In this document: in pieces, positions 62,021 to 64,000 of the stretch
Numbering within the stretch: position 1 is the first letter of the stretch
How the letters are laid out: the number at the start of each line of letters is the position of its first letter
Notes under the pieces: model-generated
Seen by the model: only the letters and a program-made list of their open reading frames with translations
The model's database searches: none
Told to the model about the DNA's origin: nothing
Assembly: GCA_973895155.1 (NCBI GenBank)
Contig: OZ316894.1
Coordinates: forward strand, 14,585,680 to 14,649,679
DNA length: 64,000 nt
From: Marsupella aquatica
Taxonomy: Eukaryota > Plantae > Marchantiophyta
Direction of reading: 5' to 3'
Translations under genes and position numbers: made by a program

Positions 62021-64000
62021 TGGACAGATCCTTCATCGGGTCATGAGATACGTAGCCGGCCTAATCTAGGCCTTCCCTCGTCTTCCCCTCCGTCTTGTTA
62101 GGTATGTTTGGATTCCGCCGCCGGAATGATCCCCAATAGGCTTGGTTAAGCCGCTAAGACCTCTCTCAGCTCGACACATCCAACTCTCACTCCCCTGCTT
62201 ACTTTCCTTCCTTCTAGTTGATGTGGGCACTCTTCACACAAGTTAATGCGACACACAAATAGCAAAATCACTCATTCTGACTGAGTCATACCATGCACTT
62301 GCCATACAAACAGTACATCTCATACACAAGCTCTGCGAACTAAGCCGTGAGGCCAACTCTATTCAGCTCTTAGGCATGAGGAAACATGAATATACACAAG
62401 GGTCACTGTATGACTAACCGAGAGCTTCTTACTACTTGATCCCAACCCGGCTGGTGCAAACTAAAAACTTGCTAAAGAAGAGGCCCTGAGCTCCCCGCTG
62501 CCCAGGTACTTATCCTGGTAGTGGATCCGCCATTCTTTGCATCGTAAGCCTAATCTACCTGACAGTAATCTACTTGCCCGGATCTACCTATGTACAGCAA
62601 GGCAGGAGCACAAGTGTTGCTCCTACCAGTGGAACCGCAATCCCACTAAGCTATGTGTCAGGGCCGCTCCTGGTCCTGATCCTAATCCTAATCCTAAACT
62701 TGGAGATCAGCGCCCGCCCTGCCCACTCACGCCTCCTCCCTCCATGTCCGCCCTTCCTAAAAGGAACGACGCCCTTGCACCGTCACGACACCGGTGGTGG
62801 ATCCTCAATGGACGCCCCCAACGCTTCCTCCTCAGCCACTGCCGTAGGTTCGTTTTCTGACAGATTACCTGCCCTTGACTGAGTCAACTCTCCATCGGCC
62901 TGACTGGGTCCACCATCGGCGTCGGCATCGGCATCGGCTTGGGAATCATTCTCGGCTACGGCCTCAGCCTCGGCTACAGTTTCCCCGACTTGCTCAAGAG
63001 GCGGATCTGGGATACCGGCCTCATGATTGAGTAGTTCGGCTTGGGCCGCACCCTCCCCACCCTTGGTGATAGCGGGATCTATTGCCGTGTTCATGCCGAA
63101 GGTTGGTGCTGGGTCTACCTTCTTGGTCACCACGGCCAGTGGAGTCGTATTACTCCTTGACCCTGAAGGTTTCCGCTTCTTCTTCTTTTCTGGTTCGGCA
63201 GCTGGTCCCTTCCCCTTCCCACTTACTTCCGGCACTGGTGCAGGTGGCGCGGCTTTTTCTTCGGCCAGTACCACTCCTGGTAACTTGGTTGCCCCAATTG
63301 GAGTTGGGCCTGATGAAGACAAGCACTTAAATACTGCGGCTTGTTTCTTCAGCCGCTCTGTTTGGTTGTCGGCCCGCCGCTGGAGGTTCTCCATCTTCCT
63401 CGTGATTTCCTCCAACTCCTCCTGGGTCTCATCCAGGTCCTTGCGCGCCTCCTCTAGTTCCTTCTGGGCTTCCTCCCGTTCTTTCTTCAAGGTAGCCCTC
63501 TCCTCCCGGGTTGCTCTTAGCTCCTTGTCGAGCTCTGCAATGATGACAGACTCCATCTGATTCATCTTGGCGTAAGTCTGATCGAGCATCTCGTCCTTCT
63601 CCCTTAGGTCGGCCTTGAAGCTGGCCGTCAGGGACGCAAGCTCCTGCTGCAGCGCCATAATCCCTTGATAGGATTTTCCTAACTCGGCCTCCTTCTGCTC
63701 AAGGGCTCCGTGGATTTTCTCGAGCTCCCCCTTCAACGCCCATTCCTTTCTTTGGGTCTCCGCCATGGCCCGACTGTTGGCTGTTATGTGGGCCTCCTCT
63801 GCATTCCTCAGCTCTCGCTTCCACTTCTCCCTCTCTTTGATCGTATCGGCCAACTCTCCCTGTGTCTGAGTCAGTTTATCCTTGATATTCTGATTATCAG
63901 CCTGCGCGGTGTCCAACTGCCCCTACATGATGTTCAGCTCATGCCGTTTAATCCGCAGTTCATCTTGGGCTTTCTTGGCCGCCCTTAGATCTTCAATCTC
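62021..64000 (-). mobile_element. Edge of an LTR-like element carrying a coiled-coil accessory ORF; continues off the right edge
   Basis: The minus strand ends ..CTGTCCA at 62021 with a shift to higher GC. Same layout as 2872-7103. Confidence 0.45.
62783..64000 (-). CDS. C-terminal part of a retroelement accessory protein (long coiled coil, basic NLS-like segment, acidic/Pro-rich tail)
   Basis: 377-aa ORF 62783..63916 with heptads and KKKKRK; the coiled-coil-like frame extends upstream past an in-frame stop. Confidence 0.55.

Overview
Eukaryotic land-plant DNA: GT-AG introns, TTTAGGG repeats and plant transposon lineages. The style suggests a bryophyte such as a liverwort, which is inference. 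The one intact host gene is an 18-exon APC7 (minus strand, 10434-21817, 558 aa). Left of it is a LINE interrupted by a MITE and by a 4.2-kb apparent solo LTR that carries its own long ORF. To the right, a ~20.5-kb block bounded by an exact 25-bp direct repeat holds a Helitron/Helentron-type Rep-Pif1 gene, an accessory gene split by a Bianca-lineage Copia, a captured UBA2-like exon and a TET/JBP-like Fe(II) dioxygenase gene. Next come a SWIM pseudogene, an intron-containing beta-class N4C/N6A DNA-methyltransferase-like pseudogene marked by six TAGCGC-N3-GCGCTA palindromes, a second Copia, a 181-bp tandem array running into a LINE ORF1-like fragment, a MuDR element whose convergent second gene ends in an RNase H1-type hybrid-binding domain, and the edge of another ORF-bearing LTR-like element. 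The best candidate for an undescribed system is mobile DNA-modification cargo: a TET-like oxidase beside a rolling-circle transposase gene, with a prokaryote-type methylase homolog nearby. All family calls come from recognising motifs by eye; no searches were run.
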